64,000 nucleotides of DNA from Candidatus Tanganyikabacteria bacterium. GTDB taxonomy: Bacteria > Cyanobacteriota > Sericytochromatia > S15B-MN24 > VGJW01. The translations under genes were made by a program, and so were the position numbers. Position 1 is the stretch's first letter. Every line of letters starts with the position of its first letter. Shown in pieces: positions 33,910 through 43,784 of the stretch. The DNA lies in the NCBI GenBank assembly GCA_016867265.1, contig VGJW01000017.1, forward strand, positions 17 to 64,016, in the 5' to 3' direction. The notes under the pieces were generated by a model. It saw only the letters and a program-made list of their open reading frames with translations. It was not told where the DNA came from and made no database searches.

Positions 33910-35238
33910 GTGCCGGTGCGGATTGTCGCCGATGACCTGACGGGGGCCGCTGAAGCCCTGCTTGCCTTTCATCAGGCAGGCTTCGGCACGCTCCTCGATC
34001 CTCAGGGGATGTCGGATGAGACCGGGGACTCCGTCGTCGCACGGACCTTGGACATCAGGGGCGCCGAGGATGCCCAGGTCGCCCGTGCCTTTGGCCAGCG
34101 CACGATGCCCCATCCCGCCTTTCTCGGCGTGGATGGCCTTGGCGGTTCCCCACTCGGGGCCTTCCTCCGTGAGGCGCTCGTCCGGGGACCGGCCCGCATG
34201 GCCCTGCTGGCAACGGCCCACCCGGACCGCGGCTGGTCCACCGTGGGCGGCTATGCCCTGCGCCTGGGCAAGCCCGTGGGCGCGGACCCCCACCAACCCT
34301 CGGCGCTTGCCATCGCGGGCCTGCGGGTCTGGACTTTGGAATGGCGGGAGTTGCGCCGCGGTCCCGAGGCCGTGGCCAGCCAATTCCTCTCTGCAGCAGC
34401 GGCCGGAGCTCAGGTTCTGGTTGCCGACGCCGCCAGCCATGAGGACCTCGCCCTGCTGGCGCACGTCGCGCTCGGCAGCCCTTTCCCCGTCCTCCCGGTC
34501 GGAACGGCAGGGCTCGCGGCGGCGTGGGCGGGCGCAATCGCGCGAAGACGCCACACGGGACCCGGGGTCCGCCTCGCCGACGGCGTTGCTCCGGGCAGCT
34601 TGGCCTCCGTACTCGATGCCACGGGCTTGCCTGACCCCCGACGGGTCCGGCGCCTGCTGCCCGGCCGCAAGCCTGTCCTCGTCATCTGCGGGTCGGACCA
34701 CCCCGCCACCCTCGAGCAGGCGCGACGCGCGGCAGGAAAGGACGGCCCCTTGATCCTGGATGCGTCGGCCCTGTTGTTCGACGGGGCCCCTGCCGGCGTT
34801 TTCCCGACGGCGTGGGAAGACGCGTTGAACCATGCTCGCGGCCTGCTTGCCACGGGCCAAGATGTCATCCTTGCGACCGCGGGCAGCACCGAGGACAGGG
34901 AGCGGGTCCTCGCTTGGGGCCGCGCCGCAGGCCTGCCCGGAGAAGCCGTTCAGGATCGCCTTCAGCAGGCGCTCGGCCTGGTCGTGAGCCAACTGGTCGA
35001 GGCCCATGCCCTCTCCGGAATCGTGGTGATGGGCAGCAGGACGGCTGGGACCGTCTGGCGGGCCCTTGGGCGCAGTCAGGCCATCCTCGAAGGGGCTGCC
35101 GAGCCTTGGACGCCGCTGCTGAGGCTGCGTCCCTCCGGCCCCCGAATCGTGGCCCGGGGCGGCAGCGAGGGCCAGACCGAGTCCCTTGTTCGCACGCTCG
35201 ATCTGCTGCGCCGCCTGGATGGCTTGGATGAGGTCTGA
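33910..35238 (+). CDS. Four-carbon acid sugar kinase family protein (DUF1537/OtnK-like)
   Basis: GTG start. The N-terminal VRIVADDLTGAAEAL hallmark. 442 aa. Confidence 0.7.
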   Translation: MPVRIVADDLTGAAEALLAFHQAGFGTLLDPQGMSDETGDSVVARTLDIRGAEDAQVARAFGQRTMPHPAFLGVDGLGGSPLGAFLREALVRGPARMALLATAHPDRGWSTVGGYALRLGKPVGADPHQPSALAIAGLRVWTLEWRELRRGPEAVASQFLSAAAAGAQVLVADAASHEDLALLAHVALGSPFPVLPVGTAGLAAAWAGAIARRRHTGPGVRLADGVAPGSLASVLDATGLPDPRRVRRLLPGRKPVLVICGSDHPATLEQARRAAGKDGPLILDASALLFDGAPAGVFPTAWEDALNHARGLLATGQDVILATAGSTEDRERVLAWGRAAGLPGEAVQDRLQQALGLVVSQLVEAHALSGIVVMGSRTAGTVWRALGRSQAILEGAAEPWTPLLRLRPSGPRIVARGGSEGQTESLVRTLDLLRRLDGLDEV

Positions 35239-35347
35239 ACCTGCTATGCTTTAGCGATGGTCGCCTGCCGGGCATGAGGCCGGAGCGCGCCCCCACCGGA
35301 CAACGCCGTCCCGCTCCTGTCCCGCACTCCCGCAAGGAACCACGCCC

Positions 35348-36520
35348 ATGCGCATCGGCATGCTCAGTTGGGAATATCCGCCCCGTATCGTGGGAGGCAT
35401 CGCCCGCCATGTGGAGGAGCTGTCCCAGACCCTCGCGGCCCGCGGCCACGACGTCCATGTCTTCACGGCCGACCATCCGGGCACCGTGGCCCATGAGACC
35501 GTGGCCGGCGTGCACATCCATCGGGTCAAGGGTGACGAGGCGCCAACCCCGGATTTCCTGTCCGGCATCATGCATCTCAATTTCGGCATGGCACGCCTCG
35601 CGCTCGAGGAACATGCCCGCAAGCCCTTCGACCTGTTCCACGCTCATGACTGGCTGGTCGTCCAGGCCGGACACCTGCTCAAGCACGCGTTGTATGTCCC
35701 GCTTATCGGCACGGTCCACGCAACCGAGGCAGGGCGCAACCAGGGCATCCATCACGCGCTCTCGCGCTACATCGCCCAGCAGGAGTGGTTCCTGACCTAC
35801 GAGTCGTACCGCGTCATCGTCTGCAGCCACGTGATGCATCGCGAGGTCATGAAGCAGTTCGCACCGCCGGCGGACAAGCTGGCCGTCATCCCCAATGGTA
35901 TCAAGGCCGATAAGTTCCACTTCGACTTCCCCGACGGCCTCGGGTTCCGGCGCCAGATCGCGATGGACCACGAGCGCCTGATCCTTTTTGTGGGCCGGAT
36001 GGTCCCCGAGAAGGGCGGTCAGGTCCTGATCGAGGCCCTGCCCAATGTGCTGGCCAAGTTCCCGGACGCCAAGGCCGTCATCGTCGGCAAGGGCGGCTTC
36101 GTGGACGAGCTCAAGGCCCTCGCCAAGCACTACAGGCTGGGTCACAAGGCCCTGTTCACGGGCTATGTGGACGACGACACCCTGCTGCGCCTCTACCGGG
36201 TCTCCGATGCCTTCGTCGTGCCCTCGCTCTACGAGCCCTTCGGAATCGTGGCCCTCGAGGGCATGGCGGCTGGCCTGCCGGTCGTTGCCTCGGACGCGGG
36301 CGGTCTCTGGGAAATCGTCGAGCATGACGTCACGGGCATCTCGACTTACGCGGGCGACGCGGACTCGCTGGCGTGGGGCTTGCTGCAGGTCCTGCAGCGT
36401 CCCGAGCACAGCCAATGGCTGGTACAAAACGCGGTTCAGCGCGTCCGGGACGTCTTCAACTGGGAGCGTATCGCCGAGCAGACCGAAGAGGTCTATCGCT
36501 CGGTGATGCCGGGTCGTTGA
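35348..36520 (+). CDS. GT4-family glycosyltransferase
   Basis: MRIGMLSWEYPPRIVGGIARHV..., FVGRMVPEKG, PSLYEPFGIVALEGMAAGLPVVASDAGG (E-x7-E). Confidence 0.85.
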   Translation: MRIGMLSWEYPPRIVGGIARHVEELSQTLAARGHDVHVFTADHPGTVAHETVAGVHIHRVKGDEAPTPDFLSGIMHLNFGMARLALEEHARKPFDLFHAHDWLVVQAGHLLKHALYVPLIGTVHATEAGRNQGIHHALSRYIAQQEWFLTYESYRVIVCSHVMHREVMKQFAPPADKLAVIPNGIKADKFHFDFPDGLGFRRQIAMDHERLILFVGRMVPEKGGQVLIEALPNVLAKFPDAKAVIVGKGGFVDELKALAKHYRLGHKALFTGYVDDDTLLRLYRVSDAFVVPSLYEPFGIVALEGMAAGLPVVASDAGGLWEIVEHDVTGISTYAGDADSLAWGLLQVLQRPEHSQWLVQNAVQRVRDVFNWERIAEQTEEVYRSVMPGR

Positions 36521-36563
36521 CCGAAGCGCGGCAGGTGCCACGCGCCTGCGGACGGGAGGACTG

Positions 36564-39092
36564 ATGGGCATGAAGGCCGTGCTGATGGCAGGCGGATCGG
36601 GCACCCGCCTGCGGCCCCTGACGTGCGACATTCCCAAGCCGATGGTGCCGATGCTGAACCGGCCCATGGCCGATCACATTGTCAGACTGCTGACAAAGCA
36701 CGGCTTTCACGACATCACGATGACACTCTACTACCTGCCGCACGTGCTGCAGAACCACTTCGGCGACGGCAGCGAACTGGGCGCGCAGATCAGCTACTCG
36801 GTCGAGGAGCGGATCCCGCTCGGCACCGCCGGGTCCGTCAAGGCCGTCGGCGCAAAGCTGGACGACACCTTCATCGTCATCTCCGGCGACTCGCTGACGG
36901 ACATCGACTTGACGGCGGCCGTGGCCTATCACAAAGCCAAGGGCGCCCTGGCGACGCTGGTCCTCAAGCGCGTCGACAACCCCCTCGAATTCGGCATCGT
37001 CATTTGCGAACCCGATGGCAAGGTCAGTCGCTTCCAGGAAAAGCCGAGCAGTTCCGAGGTCTTCTCCGACACCATCAACACCGGCACCTACATCCTCGAG
37101 CCCGAGGTCCTTGACTACCTCGAACCCGATGTCGAGGTCGACTTCTCGAAGGACCTGTTCCCGCGACTGCTGGCCGAAGATCGGCCGATGTACGGCTATG
37201 TTGCCGACGGCTACTGGGAAGACGTCGGCAACCTGGTGGCCTACCGGCAGGCGCACTATGACATCCTGGCCGGCAAGGTGAAGCTCGAGGTCCCCTATCC
37301 CGAGCGCGAGCCCGGCATCTGGATCGGCGAGGGCACCTCCATCCATCCGACGGCCAGCATCCAAGCCCCGGCCCTCATCGGCAACAACTGCCAGATTGGT
37401 CCGGGCGTCGAGATTTCGGCGGGAACCGTCATCGGTGACAACGTCGTGATTGCCGGCCAGGCCACGCTCAAGCGTCCGGTCATCTGGAACAACGTCTACC
37501 TGGGCGAGGAGGTCGCCCTGCGAGGCTGCGTCTTGGGCAAGAACACCAGTGTCCGGAGAGGCACCGAGGTCCTCGAGGGCAGCATCGTCGCCAACGACTG
37601 CGTGCTGGGCGAGAAGAGCACCCTGAAGCCCAACGTCAAGGTGTGGCCCAACAAGACCATCGAGACGGGCACCACTCTGACGAGCAGCCTCATCTGGGGT
37701 ACGGCGGCGCAGAAGACGCTCTTCGGGACCGCAGGCGTCCGGGGCCTGGTCAACGTCGAGATGAGCCCCGAGTTCGCCGTTCGCCTCGGCGCGGCCTATG
37801 GCGCCTCGCTCAAGGCCGGCAGCATCGTCACCGTCAGTCGCGACGGCTCGCCCGCCTCGCGGATGATCAACCGCGGCATCATCTCGGGCCTGATGAGCGT
37901 GGGGGTCTCGGTCTACAACCTCGAGAACGTCGCCGTGCCCATCGCCCGCTACCAGATCCCCGCCATCACGGGCGCGGTGGGCGGGATCCACACCCGCATC
38001 CACCCCGACCAACCGGACGAGGTGCAGGTCGAGTTCTTCGACCAAGCCGGCCTTAACATCGACAAGTCCGTCGAGAAGAAGATCGAGTCCAACTACTTCA
38101 AAGAAGATTTTCGGCGCGTGCGGATGGCCGATATCGGCGACTTGCACTTCCCGAGCCGCGTCCTCGAGTACTACCGCGACGGCTTCTTCAAGGTCTTCGA
38201 CTCCGAGGTCATCTCTCGACGTCGGCCCAAGATCGTCCTCGACTACGCTGCCAGCTTCGTGAACGTGCTGTTGCCCGCGTTGCTGGGCAAATTGGGCGCG
38301 GAGGCCATCGTGCTCAACGCGCATCTGGCCTCCCGTTACCCCACGGTCGACGAGAAGCGGGACCTCAGACACCAGTTGGCCAACGTCGTCACGGCGCTCA
38401 AGGCCGACTTCGGCGTCCAGATCGACGCCCACGGCGAGCGCCTGACGCTGGTCGACAACAAGGGCCGCATCATCTTCGACGAGCGCCTGCTCGCGACCGT
38501 GGCCGAACTGACACTCCGGGCGCGCCCGGGCAGCGCCATCGGCGTTCCCGTCACCGCGTCGAGCGTGCTCGAGCGCATCGCTGCCCGCCACGGCGGCCGC
38601 ATCGTCCGGACCAAGGCACGGGCACGCGCCTTGATGGAAGTGGCCCGCGAGCGCCAGGTCCTGTGGGCCGGTACCGAGGGGCGCTTCATCCTGCCGGCGC
38701 TTCATCCGGGCTTCGACGCAATGATCGCCATTGCCAAGATCCTGGAAGCCCTTTGCACCGTTGACAAGCCACTCGACGAGGTCGTTGCCGAGGTCCCCGA
38801 GTTCTTCCACCTGCACGAGAAGGTCACGTGCCCCTGGGAGCACAAGGGCACGGTCATGCGCGTTCTCGTCGAGGGCTCCAAGGACCGCAAGGTCGACATG
38901 CTGGACGGCATCAAGATCTGGCATGGGGAGGACTGGGTGCTCGTGCTGCCCGACCCGGTCGAACCCACCGTGCACCTGTTCGCCGACAGCATGGAAATCC
39001 TGCGGGCAGAAGAATTGCTCGACGAATACCGCAGCCGCATCGCCGAGGTCGTGGCGGGTCGCCAAGCCAGCCTCGCGGGGGAGGGTCGCTGA
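36564..39092 (+). CDS. Fusion protein: sugar-1-phosphate nucleotidyltransferase (plus LbH region) and a phosphomannomutase/phosphoglucomutase-like C-terminal half
   Basis: 842 aa. VLMAGGSGTRLRPLT..PKPMVP, hexapeptide-repeat segment, then PGM/PMM-like domains. The alternative ATG at 36570 has better RBS spacing. Confidence 0.85.
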   Translation: MGMKAVLMAGGSGTRLRPLTCDIPKPMVPMLNRPMADHIVRLLTKHGFHDITMTLYYLPHVLQNHFGDGSELGAQISYSVEERIPLGTAGSVKAVGAKLDDTFIVISGDSLTDIDLTAAVAYHKAKGALATLVLKRVDNPLEFGIVICEPDGKVSRFQEKPSSSEVFSDTINTGTYILEPEVLDYLEPDVEVDFSKDLFPRLLAEDRPMYGYVADGYWEDVGNLVAYRQAHYDILAGKVKLEVPYPEREPGIWIGEGTSIHPTASIQAPALIGNNCQIGPGVEISAGTVIGDNVVIAGQATLKRPVIWNNVYLGEEVALRGCVLGKNTSVRRGTEVLEGSIVANDCVLGEKSTLKPNVKVWPNKTIETGTTLTSSLIWGTAAQKTLFGTAGVRGLVNVEMSPEFAVRLGAAYGASLKAGSIVTVSRDGSPASRMINRGIISGLMSVGVSVYNLENVAVPIARYQIPAITGAVGGIHTRIHPDQPDEVQVEFFDQAGLNIDKSVEKKIESNYFKEDFRRVRMADIGDLHFPSRVLEYYRDGFFKVFDSEVISRRRPKIVLDYAASFVNVLLPALLGKLGAEAIVLNAHLASRYPTVDEKRDLRHQLANVVTALKADFGVQIDAHGERLTLVDNKGRIIFDERLLATVAELTLRARPGSAIGVPVTASSVLERIAARHGGRIVRTKARARALMEVARERQVLWAGTEGRFILPALHPGFDAMIAIAKILEALCTVDKPLDEVVAEVPEFFHLHEKVTCPWEHKGTVMRVLVEGSKDRKVDMLDGIKIWHGEDWVLVLPDPVEPTVHLFADSMEILRAEELLDEYRSRIAEVVAGRQASLAGEGR

Positions 39093-39093
39093 C

Positions 39094-40506
39094 ATGGCCG
39101 AACTGACCTTCGGAACGGATGGCTGGCGTGCCGTCATCGCGGACGAATTCACCTTCGCGAATGTGAGGCGCGTGGCGGCCGCCATCGCGGGCCACGTCCT
39201 CAAGACCCATGGCGCCTCGCGTCCGGTTCTGGTCGGCCACGACACGCGCTTCCTCGCCCGGGACTTCGCCCGGACGGTCGTGGGTGTGCTCGAACACCAT
39301 GGCATCGAGGCCAGGCTGGCCGTCCGTGACGTGCCCACGCCCGTCATCGCCCATGCCGCGCAAGCCGTGCCGACGGCGGGGGCCGTCATGCTGACGGCCA
39401 GCCACAATCCCCCGCAATATTGCGGAATCAAGTACATTCCCGAGTACGCCGGACCGGCGACCAAGGAGATTACGGATGCCATCGTGGCCGGCATCCGGCC
39501 GCTGACGGACGAGCTCGCGGCCGTACCCGCCTCGGACGGCATCGCCTTCGATCCCGAGCCGGCCTACAAGGTCGAGGTCCTCGAGCGCTTCGACATCGAG
39601 CGCATGCGCCGCGCTGGCCTCAAGGTGGGCTATGACGCACTGCACGCGACGGGCCGGGGCTATACGGACCAGTTGCTCGAGACCCTGGGCTGCAAGGTGA
39701 CGGCGCTGCGCATGAATGTCGATCCGCTCTTCGGTGGCGGCATGCCCGAGCCGGCCCCGGCCTACCTCGGACAGCTCCGTGACACGATCCTGAAGGAAGG
39801 ACTCGCGCTGGGTCTCGCCAATGACGGCGACAGTGACCGCTTCGGCGTCCTGGGCGAAGATGGCGCCTGGTACACGCCCAACCAGGTCATCGCCCTGCTG
39901 GCCAGGCACCTGCACGTTCGCCGCGGCTTGTCGGGAGCCATCGTACGCACCGTGGCCACCACCCACATGCTGGATCGGATGGCGGAGCGCTGGGGCTTGC
40001 CGCTGCGCGAGACGCCCGTCGGCTTCAAGTGGGTCGGTCAGGTCATGCGTGACGAGCCCGTGCTGATTGGCGGCGAGGAGTCCGGTGGTCTGTCCGTCCT
40101 CGGCCATATCCCCGAAAAGGACGGCATTCTGGCAGACCTGCTGGTCGCCGAGATGGTTGCCTGGGAAGGGAAACCGCTGTCGGCCATCTGGGCGGATCTG
40201 GTGGCGGAAGCCGGCGGGGCGCCCGCCAACCGACGACTCGACCTGCATCTCGACCAAGGGGCCAAGGAGGCCCTGATGGCGGCATTCCGGAATCATACGC
40301 CCGCACGGTTCGCCGGTCGGGCCGTACGGGGTACCTCGGTCGTGGACGGGATCAAGTGGCTGCTCGAGGGGGATGCGTGGGTCCTCGCCCGCCCTTCCGG
40401 TACGGAACCCGTGGTCCGTATCTACCTCGAGGCTCCGGATGCGGCAGCCCTCGGGGAACTCGAGGAAGCCTGCCGCGCCATGACCCACGCCCCGGCCCAC
40501 GGATGA
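39094..40506 (+). CDS. Phosphoglucomutase/phosphomannomutase family protein
   Basis: 470 aa from MAELTFGTDGWR. LTASHNPPQYCGIK (active Ser), ANDGDSDRFG, GGEESGG. Starts 2 nt after the upstream stop. Confidence 0.9.
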   Translation: MAELTFGTDGWRAVIADEFTFANVRRVAAAIAGHVLKTHGASRPVLVGHDTRFLARDFARTVVGVLEHHGIEARLAVRDVPTPVIAHAAQAVPTAGAVMLTASHNPPQYCGIKYIPEYAGPATKEITDAIVAGIRPLTDELAAVPASDGIAFDPEPAYKVEVLERFDIERMRRAGLKVGYDALHATGRGYTDQLLETLGCKVTALRMNVDPLFGGGMPEPAPAYLGQLRDTILKEGLALGLANDGDSDRFGVLGEDGAWYTPNQVIALLARHLHVRRGLSGAIVRTVATTHMLDRMAERWGLPLRETPVGFKWVGQVMRDEPVLIGGEESGGLSVLGHIPEKDGILADLLVAEMVAWEGKPLSAIWADLVAEAGGAPANRRLDLHLDQGAKEALMAAFRNHTPARFAGRAVRGTSVVDGIKWLLEGDAWVLARPSGTEPVVRIYLEAPDAAALGELEEACRAMTHAPAHG

Positions 40507-40554
40507 GCGCGAGGCAGGGCTGTTCAGGCCTGCCCCGGAGGGTATGCTGACAGC

Positions 40555-41997
40555 GTGGCGCCCAAGGACAAGCTCAAGAAGACGATCGCGGAAGACAGGA
40601 AACGCCTGTTGCTGCGGCTGCGCAAGTTGCCTTGGGCGCAGTACATGGCGATCGGCAGCGGCGTGGGCATGTCGCTCGTCATGCTCCTGATTGCGGATCT
40701 GGAGGCTGGCGTCCCTCTTCAGGCCGCGTTGCCGCTCGTCCTGGCTGGCGTCCCCAAGGCCTTCACGCCACTCGAGATCCGCGTGGTGCGCGCCATCCAG
40801 AAGCAGGCCGAGGCCATCGAGCTGAACGAGCAGGGCGACGTCAAGGACAAGTCCCCCAACCCCCTGCTGGATGAGTTCGGGGCGGAATACTGCGGTGGCC
40901 ATCCCAACTGGCAGGTCACGAAACCGGAGTTCGGCCAGATCCAGCTCTACGAGCGGGCCCTTGTCTTCAAGAACCTCAAGAACCGCTTCCGCCTGCCGTT
41001 GAGCCGGGTCAACCGCATCACGCTCGAGAGCCAGTTGCAGATGAAGATGCGCAAGCTCGGGGAAGTCCTGTTGCCATCGACCCGCGTGCCGGCCAATCCG
41101 CTGCAGCGCCGCATCGTCGATGCTTACCGCAAGCGCCTTCGGATGGTGCTGATCGACTACACCGACGATCAGGGTCAGTCACGCCTGATTGCCATGTGGC
41201 CCAGCCGGGGCAACGTCCGGGCGGCTCGGCAGGTCAAGGAAGGCATCGACGCTGCCCTCGCAAGGCTGGGCAAGGAGCGCAACCCGTCCACGCCGACGGC
41301 CCGCAACCTTCAGCGTCCGCCCCTCGATCCGATCTCGAGCACCGTCGCTTCGAGCCGTCCTCTGCCACCCAGCATGCCGGCGCCCGTCCGAGAAGTCAGC
41401 AAGGACGCCATCGCCGCGGCGCAGCAGGCCTCGCAACCCCAGTCCAGTGGGCCTTCCGTCTCTACGGTCATGCAGGATGTCTCGACTGCCAAGACTTGTC
41501 CCTACTGCAAGTTCTCGCTCAAGGAGCCCGTCGTCCACTGTTCGGTGTGCGGCCTCGAACATCATGAGGGATGCTGGAAGGCCAACTACGGCTGTACCAA
41601 GGAATGCACCAAGGCCAAGGCCATCCCGGGCCCGAGGCAGGAGGTCCCTCCCGCTGCGGAAGGTCAGACTGTGGAAGTTCCGACTGCGGTGGCTCCGAAG
41701 ACAGAACCTCCCGAGCCTGCGCCACCGCCTTCTGCTGCCCCGTCCCCTCCTCCTCCGGCGGCAACTCCAGCACGCTTTCAGGTCGTCCTTGCGGACGCCG
41801 GCAAGACTTCGGAGCAGCAAGATGCGGTCGCGCGCCAGATGGCGCAGGACTTCGGCATCGAACTCGACAAGGTCCGCATCGTCCTCGCTCGCCTGCCTGC
41901 CATTGCGAGGCGCAACCTCGACGAAGCCGAAGCCCGGACGCTGGCCGAGCGGTTCCGCAGCATGGGCGCCGACGCGTCGGTGCAGGTGATGGCCTGA
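40555..41997 (+). CDS. Membrane protein with a PH-like region, a prokaryotic RING-type zinc finger and a C-terminal L7/L12-C-like domain
   Basis: 480 aa, GTG start. Two TM helices (aa 27-70). CPYCKFSLKEPVVHCSVCGLEHHEGCWKANYGC (aa 315-347). The C-terminal 73 aa, FQVVLADAGK...EAEARTLAERFRSMGADASVQV, resemble the ribosomal L7/L12 C-domain. Confidence 0.7.
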   Translation: MAPKDKLKKTIAEDRKRLLLRLRKLPWAQYMAIGSGVGMSLVMLLIADLEAGVPLQAALPLVLAGVPKAFTPLEIRVVRAIQKQAEAIELNEQGDVKDKSPNPLLDEFGAEYCGGHPNWQVTKPEFGQIQLYERALVFKNLKNRFRLPLSRVNRITLESQLQMKMRKLGEVLLPSTRVPANPLQRRIVDAYRKRLRMVLIDYTDDQGQSRLIAMWPSRGNVRAARQVKEGIDAALARLGKERNPSTPTARNLQRPPLDPISSTVASSRPLPPSMPAPVREVSKDAIAAAQQASQPQSSGPSVSTVMQDVSTAKTCPYCKFSLKEPVVHCSVCGLEHHEGCWKANYGCTKECTKAKAIPGPRQEVPPAAEGQTVEVPTAVAPKTEPPEPAPPPSAAPSPPPPAATPARFQVVLADAGKTSEQQDAVARQMAQDFGIELDKVRIVLARLPAIARRNLDEAEARTLAERFRSMGADASVQVMA

Positions 41998-42075
41998 CCC
42001 GCGATTGACGGAGGGGCCCCTCGCCACGCACCATGGTGAACGTTGTTAACTTTCCCGTGCTGCGGAGGTGTTCCC

Positions 42076-43155
42076 TTGGCGACTCAAGAACAGGTCATGG
42101 CGGCGCTGGCAACGGTCGATGACCCTGAAATCCATAAGGACCTCGTGACGCTCGGCATGGTCCGCGATGTCAGCATCGCGGAAGATACGGTCGCGCTGAC
42201 CGTCGTCCTGACGACCCCGGCGTGCCCGCTCAAGGCGACCATCCAGAAGGATGTCGAGAACGCCCTCCTCGCCCTCGAGGGCATCCGCAACGTCAAGCTG
42301 GCCTGGGATGCCAAGCCGCGTGTATCGGCCGAGCAGCAGGCCATCCCGGGCGTCGCGTCCGTGGTAGCCATCGGATCCGGCAAGGGCGGAGTCGGCAAGA
42401 GCACGGTCACCGTCAATCTCGCCCTCGCCCTCGCGGCCACGGGCGCCCGGGTCGGCATCCTGGATGCCGACATCTATGGCCCCAGCATCCCGCTGATGCT
42501 AGGCCTCGAGGGAGCCCGGCCGATGGGTCAGGGCAACACCATCCTGCCCATCGAAACCATGGGACTCAAGGTGATGAGCATGGGCTTCATGCTCGAGAAG
42601 GCCGATGATCCCGTCATCTGGCGCGGGCCCATCCTGGCCGGGGTCCTCAGGCAGTTCCTGCAACAGGTTGCCTGGGGTGAACTCGATTACCTGCTGGTCG
42701 ACCTGCCCCCGGGCACCGGCGACATCCCGCTGACGCTGGTCCAGACCATCCCCCTCAGCGGGGCCGTGGTCGTGGTGACGCCCGAACGCGTGGCGACGGC
42801 CATCGGCACCAAGACGATGCGCATGTTCCAGGGGTCGAACACCAAGGCCCCCATTCTGGGCATCATCGAGAACATGGGCGCCTTCACCTGCCCGCACTGT
42901 CTGGAACCCACCGAGATCTTCGACGGCGGCGGCGGGGAGGCACTGGCCAACCGAGAGGATGTGCCCTTTCTGGGCTCGCTGCCCCTCGACGCGCGCATCC
43001 GACGTGGTTCCGACGCCGGTCGCCCGGTCGTGGCCGAGGATCCCGAATCGCCATTGGCCCGCACCTTTGCCGACTTGGCCGGTAGGCTGGCAGGTCGGGT
43101 CTCGCTTGAAGCGTATCGCAACCGCCGGGTCGAAGTGGCCCTGCCGATGGCCTGA
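42076..43155 (+). CDS. apbC: Mrp/NBP35/ApbC-family Fe-S cluster carrier ATPase
   Basis: TTG 42076 lies 5 nt after GGAGGTG. N-terminal DUF59-like VDDPEIHKDLVTLGMV, SGKGGVGKST (deviant Walker A), CPHC motif. Confidence 0.9.
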   Translation: MATQEQVMAALATVDDPEIHKDLVTLGMVRDVSIAEDTVALTVVLTTPACPLKATIQKDVENALLALEGIRNVKLAWDAKPRVSAEQQAIPGVASVVAIGSGKGGVGKSTVTVNLALALAATGARVGILDADIYGPSIPLMLGLEGARPMGQGNTILPIETMGLKVMSMGFMLEKADDPVIWRGPILAGVLRQFLQQVAWGELDYLLVDLPPGTGDIPLTLVQTIPLSGAVVVVTPERVATAIGTKTMRMFQGSNTKAPILGIIENMGAFTCPHCLEPTEIFDGGGGEALANREDVPFLGSLPLDARIRRGSDAGRPVVAEDPESPLARTFADLAGRLAGRVSLEAYRNRRVEVALPMA

Positions 43156-43164
43156 GGCCCGACC

Positions 43165-43725
43165 GTGGACAAGCAGGATCGGGCGCTGCGCGAGGCCGAG
43201 AAGCTCATCGGCCGCTTCGCGTGGGTCATCGAGCAGTGGCTGCGTGAGGACCCCGTGGCCGAGGCGACTGACGGAGAGTTGACCCGTCCCCAGTGGGAGG
43301 CCCTGCGCTACGTCGGCCAGCACGATCCGGCCTATGTCGGCCAGTTGTCCTCGGGTCTGGGCATCAGTCCGCCCGCAGCCACCAAGGCCATCGATCGCCT
43401 TCACGCCAAGGGCCTGGTCGATCGCCGCGAAGACCCCCAGGATCGGCGCCAGCACCTGCTTACCGTCACGGAAGACGGCCTTCGCCACCTCGATGCGGTG
43501 TCCGGCCGGCAGGCCGAGCGCCTGTCCGGTGTGCTCGGACGCCTCGATCCCGGGGACCGACGCGCCCTGCTCAAGGGCCTTCGGGCCTTCCTGACTTCGG
43601 CTTATGGCCAGGATCACCCCCTGGTCGAGCGTTCTTGCGAGCGGTGCGGCGTTGGCTGCTTCGAGGCCTGTGTGGTCAATCAGGCCCACGTAGCCCTCTA
43701 CGGCACCCCTGTCGCCCGGGTCTGA
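43165..43725 (+). CDS. MarR-family transcriptional regulator with a C-terminal CxxCxxxCxxxC motif
   Basis: 186 aa, GTG start 9 nt after the apbC stop. Winged-helix core LSSGLGISPPAATKAIDRLHAKGLVDRREDPQDRRQHLLTVTEDG. C158, C161, C165, C169. Confidence 0.8.
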   Translation: MDKQDRALREAEKLIGRFAWVIEQWLREDPVAEATDGELTRPQWEALRYVGQHDPAYVGQLSSGLGISPPAATKAIDRLHAKGLVDRREDPQDRRQHLLTVTEDGLRHLDAVSGRQAERLSGVLGRLDPGDRRALLKGLRAFLTSAYGQDHPLVERSCERCGVGCFEACVVNQAHVALYGTPVARV

Positions 43726-43737
43726 CTCAGGCCTCGT

Positions 43738-43784
43738 CCCAAGTCATCAAGGCCCCCGCTTGGCGGGGGCCTTGATGACTTGGG
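43738..43784. terminator. Bidirectional terminator, 22-bp perfect stem (CCCAAGTCATCAAGGCCCCCGC / GCGGGGGCCTTGATGACTTGGG)
   Basis: Read directly. It sits between convergent stops at 43725 (+) and 43785 (-). Confidence 0.8.

Noticed and set aside
36456-39542. 1028-aa minus-strand ORF (largest ORF in the window), plus the 663-aa ORF 38911..40902
   Set aside because: Both are antisense to the nucleotidyltransferase/PMM fusion and the PGM gene, whose motifs are unambiguous. The translated sequence is low-complexity (A/G/D/R/V) with no recognisable domain.
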